The notes under the pieces are model-generated. The model searched no databases. It was not told the DNA's origin and was given only the letters and a program-made list of their open reading frames with translations. DNA of 44,891 bases, taken from IMG/VR virus record IMGVR_UViG_2802429240_000008. One strand, 5' to 3'. This document shows, in pieces, positions 24,969-34,963 of the stretch (the stretch's first letter is position 1; each line of letters opens with the position of its first letter). The position numbers and the translations under genes are program-made. Source of the DNA: a virus (taxonomy: Duplodnaviria; Heunggongvirae; Uroviricota; Caudoviricetes).

Positions 24969-26927
24969 ATGCAGGCTGGTCACCAGAGTGACGCGGATAT
25001 TTATATTTATGACGAGATTGGTTTCTGGGGTGTTACAGCGAAGCAGTTTATCAGTGATCTGAATGCACTGGGCGATATCACCCACATTAATCTCCATATT
25101 AATTCACCGGGTGGCGATGTCTTTGAAGGCATCGCCATTTTTAATGCGCTGAAAACACATGGTGCGTCCATTACCGTTTATGTCGACGGTGTGGCGGCGT
25201 CAATGGCGTCGGTCATTGCGATGGTGGGAAACCCGGTCATTATGCCGGAAAACACCTTCATGATGATTCATAAACCATTTGGCTTTACGGGCGGTGATGC
25301 GGAGGACATGCGCACCTATGCCGACCTGCTCGATAAGGTTGAGGCGGTTCTGTTACCCGCTTATGCACAGAAAACCGGGAAAACCACCGATGAAATTGCT
25401 GCCATGCTGGCGGATGAGACCTGGATGTCCGGTGCCGAATGTCTGGCACATGGATTTGCTGATCAGGTAACTCCAGCCGTTAAGGCAATGGCATGTATTC
25501 AGTCAAAACGTACAGAGGAATTTAAAAAGATGCCGGAATCCATTCGAAACATGATTACTCCGCCACGCAACAGTGCTCCACGCGTACAGGATGATGAACC
25601 TGCAGCCTCCCGGACGCCAGTGCAGGCAGCAGCACCCGTGGTGGATGAAAACAGTATCCGTGCGCAGGTACTGGCAGAGCAAAAAGCGCGTGTAAACGGT
25701 ATTAATGATTTGTTTGCCATGTTTGGCGGGCGTTATCAGACGCTGCAGGCTCAGTGTCTTGCCGATCCTGAATGTTCGCTGGAGCAGGCCCGCGAAAAGC
25801 TGTTGAACGAGATGGGGCGCGAGTCCACGCCATCCAATAAAAATACCCCGGCTCATATTTATGCCGGTAACGGTAATTTTGTGGGGGACGGGATCCGCCA
25901 GGCGCTGATGGCGCGTGCCGGATTTGAAAAAACCGAACGTGATAATGTCTACAACGGGATGACCCTGCGTGAATATGCCCGTATGTCACTGACTGAACGG
26001 GGGATTGGGGTTTCCAGTTATAACCCGATGCAGATGGTCGGTGCGGCGTTCACACACAGTACGTCTGACTTCGGTAATATTCTGCTGGATGTTGCGAACA
26101 AAGCCATTCTGCAGGGCTGGGAAGATGCCCCTGAAACCTATGAACAGTGGACGCGGAAAGGTCAGTTGTCTGATTTTAAAATTGCCCATCGTGTGGGTAT
26201 GGGGGGCTTCAGTGCTCTGCGTCAGGTGCGTGAAGGGGCGGAATATAAATACGTCACCACCGGAGATAAACAGGCCACTATTGCACTGGCGACCTATGGC
26301 GAGCTGTTCAGTATCACCCGTCAGGCCATTATCAATGATGATCTGAATATGCTGACCGATGTCCCGATGAAACTGGGCCGTGCGGCGAAATCCACTATTG
26401 CCGATCTGGTTTATGCCATTCTGACGTCTAACCCGAAAATCTCCACAGATAATGTAAGTCTGTTCGATAAAGCGAAACATGCAAACGTACTGGAGAGCGC
26501 TGCAATGGACGTGGCATCGTTGGATAAAGCCCGCCAGTTGATGCGTGTTCAGAAAGAGGGGGAGCGTCATCTGAATATTCGTCCTGCGTTCGTACTGGTA
26601 CCGACGGCGATGGAGTCTGTTGCTAACCAGGTCATTCGCTCCTCAAGTGTCAAGGGGGCTGACATTAACGCCGGTATTATTAACCCGGTGAAAGATTTTG
26701 CGACCGTTATTGCAGAGCCTCGTCTTGATGATAACAGCCAGACCACTTTCTACCTGGCTGCGTCAAAAGGCTCCGATACGATTGAAGTGGCTTATCTCAA
26801 CGGTGTGGATACGCCATATATTGATCAGATGGAGGGCTTCAGTGTGGATGGCGTGACAACGAAAGTGCGTATTGACGCCGGTGTCGCGCCAGTTGATCAC
26901 CGCGGTCTGGTGAAATGTACGGCGTAA
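24969..26927 (+). CDS. Head maturation protease (ClpP-like) fused to scaffold/major capsid protein (652 aa)
   Basis: N-terminal ClpP-like region (IYIYDEIGFWG...INSPGGDVFEGIAIFNAL...ASMASVIAMVG...MIHKP) followed by a capsid-like C-terminal region; ATG at 24969 after the portal stop. Confidence 0.8.
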   Translation: MQAGHQSDADIYIYDEIGFWGVTAKQFISDLNALGDITHINLHINSPGGDVFEGIAIFNALKTHGASITVYVDGVAASMASVIAMVGNPVIMPENTFMMIHKPFGFTGGDAEDMRTYADLLDKVEAVLLPAYAQKTGKTTDEIAAMLADETWMSGAECLAHGFADQVTPAVKAMACIQSKRTEEFKKMPESIRNMITPPRNSAPRVQDDEPAASRTPVQAAAPVVDENSIRAQVLAEQKARVNGINDLFAMFGGRYQTLQAQCLADPECSLEQAREKLLNEMGRESTPSNKNTPAHIYAGNGNFVGDGIRQALMARAGFEKTERDNVYNGMTLREYARMSLTERGIGVSSYNPMQMVGAAFTHSTSDFGNILLDVANKAILQGWEDAPETYEQWTRKGQLSDFKIAHRVGMGGFSALRQVREGAEYKYVTTGDKQATIALATYGELFSITRQAIINDDLNMLTDVPMKLGRAAKSTIADLVYAILTSNPKISTDNVSLFDKAKHANVLESAAMDVASLDKARQLMRVQKEGERHLNIRPAFVLVPTAMESVANQVIRSSSVKGADINAGIINPVKDFATVIAEPRLDDNSQTTFYLAASKGSDTIEVAYLNGVDTPYIDQMEGFSVDGVTTKVRIDAGVAPVDHRGLVKCTA

Positions 26928-26947
26928 ACGTCGCAGACAACAACTCT

Positions 26948-26967
26948 GATGGCCCGTAAGGGCTTTT
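26948..26967 (+). terminator. Weak stem-loop / U-tract after the capsid gene
   Basis: gccc-gtaa-gggc (4-bp stem) followed by ttttttt. Confidence 0.3.
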
Positions 26968-27013
26968 TTTGTACCTGAAATCAGCCCATGAACGGGGCTG
27001 TGCGGAGACAGTT

Positions 27014-27337
27014 ATGGCAAAGAATTTTGTAGAAGAAGGAAAAACGGTGGCGATTGTTGCCAGTGCAGCCATCAGCAGCGGAGATCTGGTGCAGGTGGGT
27101 GATGTTTTTGCGGTGGCACTGACCGATATTCCACAGGGTGAAACAGGCGACGGCCTGACCGAAGGTGTGTTTATGCTGCCTAAGCTAAAAACGGATGACA
27201 TGAAAACGGGTAAGAAGGTTTATCTGAAGTCCGGAAAAGTTCAGCTGACTAACAGCGGCTCTGATCCGCTGGTCGGGGTTGTCTGGGCAGATGCCGGAAC
27301 CAGTGCAGAAGAAGTGCCGGTAAAACTCAATGTCTGA
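27014..27337 (+). CDS. Small head-associated protein (107 aa), function not assigned
   Basis: ATG at 27014 with GGAGA RBS; Gly/Val-rich; positioned between capsid and connector genes. Confidence 0.5.
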   Translation: MAKNFVEEGKTVAIVASAAISSGDLVQVGDVFAVALTDIPQGETGDGLTEGVFMLPKLKTDDMKTGKKVYLKSGKVQLTNSGSDPLVGVVWADAGTSAEEVPVKLNV

Positions 27338-27605
27338 TCCCTTTTCCCGGCTGGCAGCGCGTATGGATGCGATCACGGTCAGAAAGATGGGAAAGACAGC
27401 CTCGATTAATGATGTCGATATGACTGTGATCCCGGGAGAAACACTGGCAGAGCTGAATGCTCTGTCCGGACCTGCGGTCTCTCTGGTGGTGTTTTCTTCG
27501 GGATACCGCCCACGGCGCGGGGATCGCGTTGTTTATGACGGACAACAATGGACGGTCACACGGCATGAACGCTTTAACGGTAAGCCAATGATCTTTATTG
27601 AGTAA
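27330..27605 (+). CDS. Head-tail connector / head completion protein-like (91 aa)
   Basis: ATG overlapping the upstream stop; position before gpZ; function inferred from position only. Confidence 0.45.
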   Translation: MSDPFSRLAARMDAITVRKMGKTASINDVDMTVIPGETLAELNALSGPAVSLVVFSSGYRPRRGDRVVYDGQQWTVTRHERFNGKPMIFIE

Positions 27606-27616
27606 AGAGGTGTGGG

Positions 27617-28207
27617 ATGAAGGGGCTTGAGAATGCCATCCGCAATCTAAACAGCCTTGATACCCGTATGGTGCCACAGGCCAGCGCATGGGCGATAAAC
27701 CGTGTGGCACAGAAAGCGGTCTCGGTTGCCACCCGGCAGGTTGCCGGGAATACCGTTGCGGGAGATAACCAGGTGAAAGGGATCCCCCTGAAACTGGTAC
27801 GTCAGCGTGTCCGGGTGTTTAAAGCCAGTCCGTCAGGAAAAATGACGGCCAGGATCCGCGTTAACCGGGGCAATCTGCCCGCCATCAAACTGAACACAAC
27901 ACGGCGGCGTGCTGGTGAAGGACTGAGAGTGGGAAAATACTTTTTCCGGGGGGCATTTGTTCAGCAACTGGCGAATGGCCGCTGGCATGTTCTGAGGCGT
28001 CTTCCTGAAGCGCGTTTTGCAACAGGGCATGACCATCAGGGCAGGCCAAGAAAAAATCGTCTTCCTGTGGAGGTAGTGAAAATCCCGCTGTCCGGACCGC
28101 TGACACAGGCATTTGAAGATGCCCGCGACCGCATCATTGCTGCGGAAATGCCGAAACAGCTGGGGTATGCACTGAAACAACAACTGAGGTTATGGCTGAC
28201 CCGATGA
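27617..28207 (+). CDS. Z: Minor tail protein Z (lambda gpZ family)
   Basis: MKGLENAIRNLN...AINRVAQKA...FVQQLANGRWHVLRR...VVKIPLSGPLTQAF...LGYALKQQLRLWL parallels lambda Z as I recall it. Confidence 0.85.
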   Translation: MKGLENAIRNLNSLDTRMVPQASAWAINRVAQKAVSVATRQVAGNTVAGDNQVKGIPLKLVRQRVRVFKASPSGKMTARIRVNRGNLPAIKLNTTRRRAGEGLRVGKYFFRGAFVQQLANGRWHVLRRLPEARFATGHDHQGRPRKNRLPVEVVKIPLSGPLTQAFEDARDRIIAAEMPKQLGYALKQQLRLWLTR

Positions 28208-28605
28208 ACCGACATACACAAATCCGCCAGGTCGTACTGGCACGCCTTCGGGAACAGTGTGGAGACAGCGCCACGTTTTTTGACGGGCTTCCGGCATTTA
28301 TTGATGCGCAGGAACTGCCTGCCGTGGCGGTGTGGCTGAGTGATGCTCAGTACACCGGAAAAATGACGGATGAAGATGACTGGCAGGCTGTTCTGCATAT
28401 TGCCGTCTTCATCCGGGCACAGGCACCGGATTCAGAGCTGGATATGTGGATGGAGAGCACCATTTTCCCGGCCCTGAATGATGTACCGGCACTTTCCGGA
28501 CTCATCGACACCCTGAACCCACTCGGTTTTAACTATCAACGTGATAATGAGATGGCCACCTGGGCGATGGCGGAAATCACGTACCAGATCACGTACACGA
28601 ATTAA
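28192..28605 (+). CDS. U: Tail terminator protein U (lambda gpU family)
   Basis: ATFFDGLPAF...LPAVAVWLSDAQYTG...WQAVLHIAVF...APDSELDMWMES...PALSGLI parallels lambda U as I recall it. Confidence 0.85.
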   Translation: MADPMNRHTQIRQVVLARLREQCGDSATFFDGLPAFIDAQELPAVAVWLSDAQYTGKMTDEDDWQAVLHIAVFIRAQAPDSELDMWMESTIFPALNDVPALSGLIDTLNPLGFNYQRDNEMATWAMAEITYQITYTN

Positions 28606-28615
28606 GGAGGTGGTA

Positions 28616-29359
28616 ATGACCACACCAAATCCACTGGCAAAGACGAAAGGTGCGGGGACGACGTTCTGGATGTATACCGGCAACGGCGACGCATTTGCGA
28701 ACCCTTTGTCGGACACTGACTGGCTGCGTCTTGCGATGGTGAAGGATCTGCAACCTGGCGAAATGACCGCTGATGCAGAAGATGATACTTATCTCGATGA
28801 TGAAGATGCAGACTGGAAAACGACAACCCAGGGGCAGAAATCAGTCGGTGATACTTCGGCGACGCTGGCCTGGCGTCCGGGTGACAGCGGGCAGAAAAAA
28901 CTGGTTCAGTTGTTCGACTCCGGTGAAGTCTGCGCGTTTCGTATCAAATATCCCAACGGTACTGTTGATGTTTTCCGTGGCTGGCTGAGTTCACTGGGTA
29001 AAACCATTGCCTCAAAAGACGTGATGACCCGCACTGTGAAAATCAGCGGTGTGGGGCGTCCGTATCTGGCAGAGGAAGGCACTGAAACAGTGAGCGTTAC
29101 CGGGCTGATGGTGGCACCGGCATCTGCCAGTGTAAAAGTGGGAGCAACCACCACGCTGACCTTTACAGTAAAACCTGACGGAGCCAGTGACAAAGCGATC
29201 AGTGTGCATTCGTCAGATCCACAGACTGCCACGGTGACCCTGAACGGGCTTGTAGCCACGGTGAAAGGCGTGAAGCAGGGCAGTGTCAGCATTGTGGGCA
29301 TGACCGCTGACGGGAATTTTGTGGCTGTGGCTGCGGTGACTGTCAGCGCCGCAGGTTAA
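28616..29359 (+). CDS. V: Major tail protein V (lambda gpV family, with C-terminal Ig-like domain)
   Basis: AAGGAGG RBS; KTKGAGTTFWMYTGNGDAFANPLSDTDW...YLDDEDADW...YPNGTVDVFRGWLSS parallels lambda V as I recall it. Confidence 0.9.
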   Translation: MTTPNPLAKTKGAGTTFWMYTGNGDAFANPLSDTDWLRLAMVKDLQPGEMTADAEDDTYLDDEDADWKTTTQGQKSVGDTSATLAWRPGDSGQKKLVQLFDSGEVCAFRIKYPNGTVDVFRGWLSSLGKTIASKDVMTRTVKISGVGRPYLAEEGTETVSVTGLMVAPASASVKVGATTTLTFTVKPDGASDKAISVHSSDPQTATVTLNGLVATVKGVKQGSVSIVGMTADGNFVAVAAVTVSAAG

Positions 29360-29379
29360 CAGGACGATACTCATCATTT

Positions 29380-29406
29380 GCCCCGGTTATCCGGGGCTTT
29401 TTTGCA
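29380..29406 (+). terminator. Rho-independent terminator after V
   Basis: gccccgg-ttat-ccggggc followed by tttttt. Confidence 0.7.
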
Positions 29407-29416
29407 GGTGGAGAAC

Positions 29417-29806
29417 ATGATGTTTCTGAAACAGGGCACGTTTAATTATGAAAAACAGTCCGTGGTGCTCAGTGAGCTGTCCGGGCTGCAGAGAATTGAA
29501 TATCTGGCGTTTGTTCAGCAGCGAACGGCAAAGTTTGATGCCGGTGAGGGAGAACTGCCGGAGGCTGAACGACAGATTGCTTTTCTGCGGATGGGGATGG
29601 ATATCAATGCCTGGCTGGTTTCCCGCTCACTGTGGAATGCGGATCAGTCTAAGGATGTAGAGACGCTTTGCGCATCCGTTATTACAACATGGTCGTATGA
29701 TGCCCTGGGAGCGGGGGCGGAGATGGTTCTGTCGCTGAGCGGTATGGGAGCCATTGAGAATGCCGGGGATTTGGAGCATGAGGTGCTGACGCCGGAAAAG
29801 TCCTGA
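29417..29806 (+). CDS. G: Tail assembly chaperone G
   Basis: MMFLKQGTFNYEKQSVVLSELSGLQRIEYLAF... resembles lambda G as I recall it; followed by a -1 frame T ORF. Confidence 0.85.
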   Translation: MMFLKQGTFNYEKQSVVLSELSGLQRIEYLAFVQQRTAKFDAGEGELPEAERQIAFLRMGMDINAWLVSRSLWNADQSKDVETLCASVITTWSYDALGAGAEMVLSLSGMGAIENAGDLEHEVLTPEKS

Positions 29807-30144
29807 CGCGGGAAATGCAGTTTGTCATGCGGCTTGCCCGGGAGTTCCGGCGGGCAGACTGGCGGCGGATGCTGTCGGAAATGTCGGCCACTGAGCTTGG
29901 TGAGTGGGGCGATTATTTCCGGATGCAGAGCTTCAGTGATGTGTGGATGGATGCGCAGTTTGCCTCGCTGAAGGCATTGATCGTGAGAATGGTGTCCGGT
30001 AGCAGTGATGCTGCGGTGGCTGATTTCAGCCTTTTACCGGAAGAGAACGGGATACCGGAGCGAACGGACGAAGAACTGATGCATCTTGGGGAAGGTATTT
30101 CCGGAGGTGTGCGTTATGGACCAGATAGCCAACCTGGTCATTGA
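29791..30144 (+). CDS. T: T frame of the tail assembly chaperone; expected to be made only as a G-T fusion by -1 programmed frameshift near 29794-29800
   Basis: The ORF in the -1 frame opens at 29791, just before the G stop at 29804-29806; GGAAAAG lies at the G/T junction; conserved G-T arrangement in lambdoid tails. Confidence 0.7.
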   Translation, partial: AGKVLTREMQFVMRLAREFRRADWRRMLSEMSATELGEWGDYFRMQSFSDVWMDAQFASLKALIVRMVSGSSDAAVADFSLLPEENGIPERTDEELMHLGEGISGGVRYGPDSQPGH

Positions 30145-33100
30145 TTTGGGGATTGATGCGGCAGAGTTTAAAAATGAAATCCCCCGTATCAAAAACCTTC
30201 TGAATGGTGCAGCCAGCGATGCAGAACGGTCTTCTGCCCGTATGCAGCGTTTTATGGAGCGTCAGACTCAGGCCGCCCGGCAGACAACGCAGGCGGCTTC
30301 TTCGGCTGCAACAGCCGCATCCGTCCATGCGCAGACGGTGGAGAAGAACGCACAGGCTCATGAACGCATGGCCCGCGAGGTGGAGAAAACCCACCAGCGC
30401 ATGGAGGCGCTGAGCCAGAAAATGCGCGAGGAACAGGCGCAGGCCATGGCTCTGGCGGAGGCTCAGGATAAAGCGGCTGCTGCGTTTTATCGTCAGATTG
30501 ACAGTGTGAAACAGGCCAGTGCGGGGCTGCAGGAATTACAGCGTATTCAGCAGCAGATCCGACAGGCCAGAAACAGTGGCGGGATTGGTCAGCAGGATTA
30601 TCTGGCGCTGATTTCTGAGGTTACTGCGAAAACCCGTGTTCTTACACAGGCTGAGGAAGAGTCTACCCGACAGAAAGTGGCGTTTATCCGTCAGCTTAAA
30701 GAGCAGGCAACCCGCCAGAATCTTTCTTCTTCTGAGTTGCTTCGTGCTAAGGCTGCCCAACTGGGGGTAAGCAGTGCTGCAGAAGTGTATATCCGCAAAA
30801 TGGAGCAGGCAGGAAAAGCCACGCATTCGCTGGGTCTGAAAAGTGCAGCGGCCCGCCAGGAGATAGGCGTTCTGATAGGTGAACTGGCCCGCGGCAATTT
30901 AGGTGCGCTGAGGGGATCCGGGATAACGCTGGCTAACCGTGCCGGATGGATAGACACACTGATGTCACCGAAAGGCATGATGCTGGGCGGGGTTATTGGC
31001 GGTATTGCCGCGGCCGTCTATGGTCTGGGTAAAGCCTGGTATGACGGTCAGAAGGAGGGGGAAGAATTTAACCGCCAGTTGTCGCTGACGGGGCATTATG
31101 CCGGAGTCACTGCCGGGCAACTGTGGACGCTCAGTCGTGCTATTTCCGGGAATGGTATCACGCAACATGCTGCAGCCGGTGCGCTGGCTCAGGTGGTGGG
31201 GAGTGGTGCATTTCGTGGAAACGATATCGGTATGGTGGCGAGAGCTGCCGCACAGATGGAGCGATCGGTTGGCCAGTCGGTCAGCGATACCATAAGTCAG
31301 TTTAAGCGGCTGAAGGATGATCCTGTAAATGCCGCGAAGGCTCTGGACAATGAGCTGCATTTTCTTACTGCCACTCAGCTTGAGCAGATACGCGTCCTTG
31401 GGGAGCAGGGGCGGTCCAGTGATGCTGCACGGATAGCCATGTCTGCACTGGCAGAGGAAACCGATCGTCGTACTGCGGATATTGATAATAACCTCAATGC
31501 GCTGGGTAGCACGCTGCAAACCTTGTCTGACTGGTGGAAGCAGTTCTGGGATGCGGCCATGAATATTGGTCGTGAAGACTCGCTGGATGAACAGATTGCC
31601 GCTTTACAGGAGAAAGTGTCGCGGGCGAAAAGACTCCCCTGGACGGCATCATCTTCTCAGGTTGAATACGATCAGCAGCGTCTTAACGATCTTCAGGAGA
31701 AAAAACGCCAGAAGGATTTGCAGGATGCAAAAGAGCAGGCAGAGCGGAATTATCAGGAGCAACAGAAACGCCGTAATGCTGAAAATGCTGCACTGAACCG
31801 GATGAATGAAACGGAAGCAGCACGGCATCAGCGTGAAATTGCGCGTATTAATGCCATGCAGTACGCCGATCAGGCTGTCAGGGATGCGGCGATACAACGT
31901 GAAAATGAACGTTACGAGAAAGCCCTGGCATCCGGTAAGAAAAAAACACGCGAAACCCGTAATGATGAGGCCACCCGGTTATTGCAGCAGTACAGTCAGC
32001 AACAGGCACAGGTGGAAGGGCAGATTGCTGCTGCAAGACAGTCAGCAGGCATTGCCACTGAAAAGATGACAGAAGCGCATAAACAGCTTCTGGCTCTGCA
32101 GCAGCGCATCAGCGACCTGGACGGGAAAAAACTGACGGCAGATGAAAAGAGTGTGCTTGCCCGTAAAGATGAACTGATTCAGGCATTGACGCTGCTGGAT
32201 GTAAAACAGCAGGAGCTTCAGAAACAGACGGCACTCAACGAGCTGAAGAAAAAAACAATTCAGCTGACCAGTCAACTGGCTGAAGAAGAGCGCGCTCAGC
32301 GTCAGCAACATGACCTGGATATCGCCACGGTGGGTATGGGTGATCAGCAGCGGCAGCGATATCAGGTACAACTGAGTCTTCGCCAGAAATACCAGCAACA
32401 GCTGGAGCAGTTGAGGCGGGATAGTGAGCAGAAAGGGACATATAACACGGATGACTACAGAAAGGCCGAGCAGGCGCTGACGGAGAGCCTGAACCGACAA
32501 CTGAATGAGAATCGCCGTTACTGGCAACAGCTTGAAATTGCTCAGGGTAACTGGAAAAACGGTGCCATGCGGGCGTTTCAGAATTTCACGGCAGATGCGG
32601 ATAATGCGGCAGGCACTGCTGAGCAGATGCTTACAGCGGCATTTAACAGTGCAGGTAATGCACTGGCAACCTTCTGTACCACCGGAAAACTGAACTTCAA
32701 ATCTTTTACCGCCTCGCTCCTTTCTGATCTGGCAAAAATCATGGCCCAGATGTCCATGATGCAGGCAGTTAAGGGGATTGGTTCGGCGTTTGGCTGGGGG
32801 AGTGCAGCAACTGCCAGTGTGACGCCCAATGCTGATGGTGGTGTTTATCAGTCTGCTGATTTGAGTCGCTACAGTGGCACGGTGGTTAACCGTCCGACGT
32901 TTTTTGCTTTTGCAAAAGGTGCAGGTGTGATGGGGGAAGCTGGGCCTGAAGCCATTCTGCCTCTGCGTCGTGGTGCTGATGGTAAGCTGGGGGTTGTGGC
33001 GGATATTGGTGGTTCAGGTATGGCGATGTTTGCCCCGCAGTACAACATTGAGATCAAGAACGATGGCACGAACGGGCAGATAGGTCCGGCTGCCCTGAAG

Positions 33101-33190
33101 GTGGTTTATGACCTCGGGAAAAAAGCAGCAGCGGACTTTATGCAACAGCAGTCCCGTGATGGTGGTCTGTTCTCCGGAGGTGGACGATGA
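30116..33190 (+). CDS. H: Tail tape measure protein H (1024 aa)
   Basis: ATG at 30116 with GGAGG RBS; very long predicted helical, Ala/Gln/Glu/Arg-rich protein; C-terminal Gly-rich region; position between G-T and M. Confidence 0.9.
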   Translation: MDQIANLVIDLGIDAAEFKNEIPRIKNLLNGAASDAERSSARMQRFMERQTQAARQTTQAASSAATAASVHAQTVEKNAQAHERMAREVEKTHQRMEALSQKMREEQAQAMALAEAQDKAAAAFYRQIDSVKQASAGLQELQRIQQQIRQARNSGGIGQQDYLALISEVTAKTRVLTQAEEESTRQKVAFIRQLKEQATRQNLSSSELLRAKAAQLGVSSAAEVYIRKMEQAGKATHSLGLKSAAARQEIGVLIGELARGNLGALRGSGITLANRAGWIDTLMSPKGMMLGGVIGGIAAAVYGLGKAWYDGQKEGEEFNRQLSLTGHYAGVTAGQLWTLSRAISGNGITQHAAAGALAQVVGSGAFRGNDIGMVARAAAQMERSVGQSVSDTISQFKRLKDDPVNAAKALDNELHFLTATQLEQIRVLGEQGRSSDAARIAMSALAEETDRRTADIDNNLNALGSTLQTLSDWWKQFWDAAMNIGREDSLDEQIAALQEKVSRAKRLPWTASSSQVEYDQQRLNDLQEKKRQKDLQDAKEQAERNYQEQQKRRNAENAALNRMNETEAARHQREIARINAMQYADQAVRDAAIQRENERYEKALASGKKKTRETRNDEATRLLQQYSQQQAQVEGQIAAARQSAGIATEKMTEAHKQLLALQQRISDLDGKKLTADEKSVLARKDELIQALTLLDVKQQELQKQTALNELKKKTIQLTSQLAEEERAQRQQHDLDIATVGMGDQQRQRYQVQLSLRQKYQQQLEQLRRDSEQKGTYNTDDYRKAEQALTESLNRQLNENRRYWQQLEIAQGNWKNGAMRAFQNFTADADNAAGTAEQMLTAAFNSAGNALATFCTTGKLNFKSFTASLLSDLAKIMAQMSMMQAVKGIGSAFGWGSAATASVTPNADGGVYQSADLSRYSGTVVNRPTFFAFAKGAGVMGEAGPEAILPLRRGADGKLGVVADIGGSGMAMFAPQYNIEIKNDGTNGQIGPAALKVVYDLGKKAAADFMQQQSRDGGLFSGGGR

Positions 33191-33516
33191 AAACCTTCCG
33201 CTGGAAAGTGAAACCCGGTATGGATGTGGCTTCGGCCCCTTCCGTAAGAAAGGTGCGCTTTGGTGATGGCTATTCTCAGCGTGCGCCTGCCGGGCTGAAC
33301 GCTGACCTGAAAACGTACAGCGTGACGCTTTCTGTTCCCCGCGAGGAGGCCACGGCACTGGAATCGTTTCTGGCTGAGCACGGGGGCTGGAAGGCCTTTC
33401 TGTGGACGCCACCTTATGGCTACCGGCAGATAAAGGTGACCTGCGCAAAATGGTCGTCGCGGGTCAGTATGTTGCGTGTTGAGTTTAGCGCAGAGTTTGA
33501 ACAGGTGGTGAACTGA
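33187..33516 (+). CDS. M: Minor tail protein M
   Basis: 109 aa, same length and position as lambda M; start overlaps the H stop. Confidence 0.85.
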   Translation: MKTFRWKVKPGMDVASAPSVRKVRFGDGYSQRAPAGLNADLKTYSVTLSVPREEATALESFLAEHGGWKAFLWTPPYGYRQIKVTCAKWSSRVSMLRVEFSAEFEQVVN

Positions 33517-34214
33517 TGCAGGATATCCGACAGGACACACTGAATGAATGCACCCGTGCGGAGCAGTCGGCCAGCGTGGTGCTCTGGGAAATCGATCTGA
33601 CAGAGATCGGTGGAGAACGTTATTTTTTCTGTAATGAGCAGAACGAAAAAGGTGAGCCGGTCACCTGGCAGGGGAGACAGTATCAGGCGTATCCCATTCA
33701 GGGGAGTGGTTTTGAACTGAATGGCAAAGGCACCAGTACGCGCCCCACGCTGACGGTTTCTAACCTGTACGGTATGGTCACCGGGATGGCGGAAGATCTG
33801 CAGAGTCTGGTCGGCGGAACGGTGGTCAGGCGTAAGGTTTATGCCCGTTTTCTGGATGCGGTGAACTTCGTCAACGGAAACAGCGAAGCCGATCCGGAGC
33901 AGGAGGTGATCAGCCGCTGGCGCATCGAGCAGTGCAGCGAACTGAGCGCGGTCAGTGCCTCCTTTGTGTTGTCCACGCCGACGGAAACGGATGGTGCCGT
34001 TTTTCCGGGGCGCATCATGCTGGCCAACACCTGCACCTGGACCTATCGCGGTGATGAGTGCGGTTATCACGGTCCGGCTGTCGCGGATGAATATGACCAG
34101 CCGACGTCCGATATCACGAAGGATAAATGCAGCAAATGCCTGAGTGGCTGTAAGTTCCGCAATAACTTCGGCAACTTTGGCGGCTTCCTTTCCATTAACA
34201 AACTTTCGCAGTAA
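33516..34214 (+). CDS. L: Minor tail protein L
   Basis: 232 aa, same size and position as lambda L; conserved C-terminal Cys cluster (CTWTYRGDECGY...CSKCLSGC). Confidence 0.85.
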   Translation: MQDIRQDTLNECTRAEQSASVVLWEIDLTEIGGERYFFCNEQNEKGEPVTWQGRQYQAYPIQGSGFELNGKGTSTRPTLTVSNLYGMVTGMAEDLQSLVGGTVVRRKVYARFLDAVNFVNGNSEADPEQEVISRWRIEQCSELSAVSASFVLSTPTETDGAVFPGRIMLANTCTWTYRGDECGYHGPAVADEYDQPTSDITKDKCSKCLSGCKFRNNFGNFGGFLSINKLSQ

Positions 34215-34219
34215 ATCCC

Positions 34220-34963
34220 ATGACAGAGACAGAATCAGCGATTCTGGCGCACGCCCGGCGATGTGCGCCAGCGGAGTCGTGCGGCTTTGTGGTGAGAACG
34301 CCGGAGGGGGAAAGATATTTTCCCTGCGTGAATATCTCCGGTGAGCCGGAGGATTATTTCCGGATGTCGCCGGAGGACTGGCTGCAGGCAGAGATGCAGG
34401 GTGAGATTGTGGCGCTGGTCCACAGTCATCCCGGTGGGCTGCCCTGGCTGAGTGAGGCAGACCGGCGGCTGCAGGTGCAGAGTGATTTGCCGTGGTGGCT
34501 GGTCTGCCGGGGGGCGATTCACAAGTTCCGCTGTGTGCCGCATCTCACCGGGCGGCGCTTTGAGCACGGGGTGACGGACTGTTACACGCTGTTCCGGGAC
34601 GCTTACCATCTGGCGGGGATTGAGATGCCGGATTTTACGCGGGAGGATGACTGGTGGCGTAACGGTCAGAATCTCTATCTGGATAATCTGGAGGCCACGG
34701 GGCTGTATCAGGTGCCGTTGTCATCAGCACAGCCGGGCGATGTGCTGTTGTGCTGTTTTGGTTCATCGGTGCCGAATCATGCCACCATTTACTGTGGTGA
34801 CGGCGAGCTGCTGCACCATATTCCTGAACAACTGAGCAAACGAGAGAGGTATACCGACAAATGGCAGCGACGCACACACTCCCTCTGGCGTCACCAGGCA
34901 TGGCACGCATCTGCCTTTACGGGGATTTACAACGATTTGGCCGCCGCGTCGACCTTCGTGTGA
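34220..34963 (+). CDS. K: Tail assembly protein K (MPN/JAB and NlpC/P60-like motifs)
   Basis: HSHP...SEAD (JAB-like) and a C/H pair typical of NlpC/P60; 3' end overlaps I. Confidence 0.85.
   Translation: MTETESAILAHARRCAPAESCGFVVRTPEGERYFPCVNISGEPEDYFRMSPEDWLQAEMQGEIVALVHSHPGGLPWLSEADRRLQVQSDLPWWLVCRGAIHKFRCVPHLTGRRFEHGVTDCYTLFRDAYHLAGIEMPDFTREDDWWRNGQNLYLDNLEATGLYQVPLSSAQPGDVLLCCFGSSVPNHATIYCGDGELLHHIPEQLSKRERYTDKWQRRTHSLWRHQAWHASAFTGIYNDLAAASTFV

Noticed and set aside
30965-32527. Two long minus-strand ORFs (184 and 161 aa) inside the tape measure gene
   Set aside because: Both are antisense to the continuous tape-measure ORF, low-complexity and without translation signals
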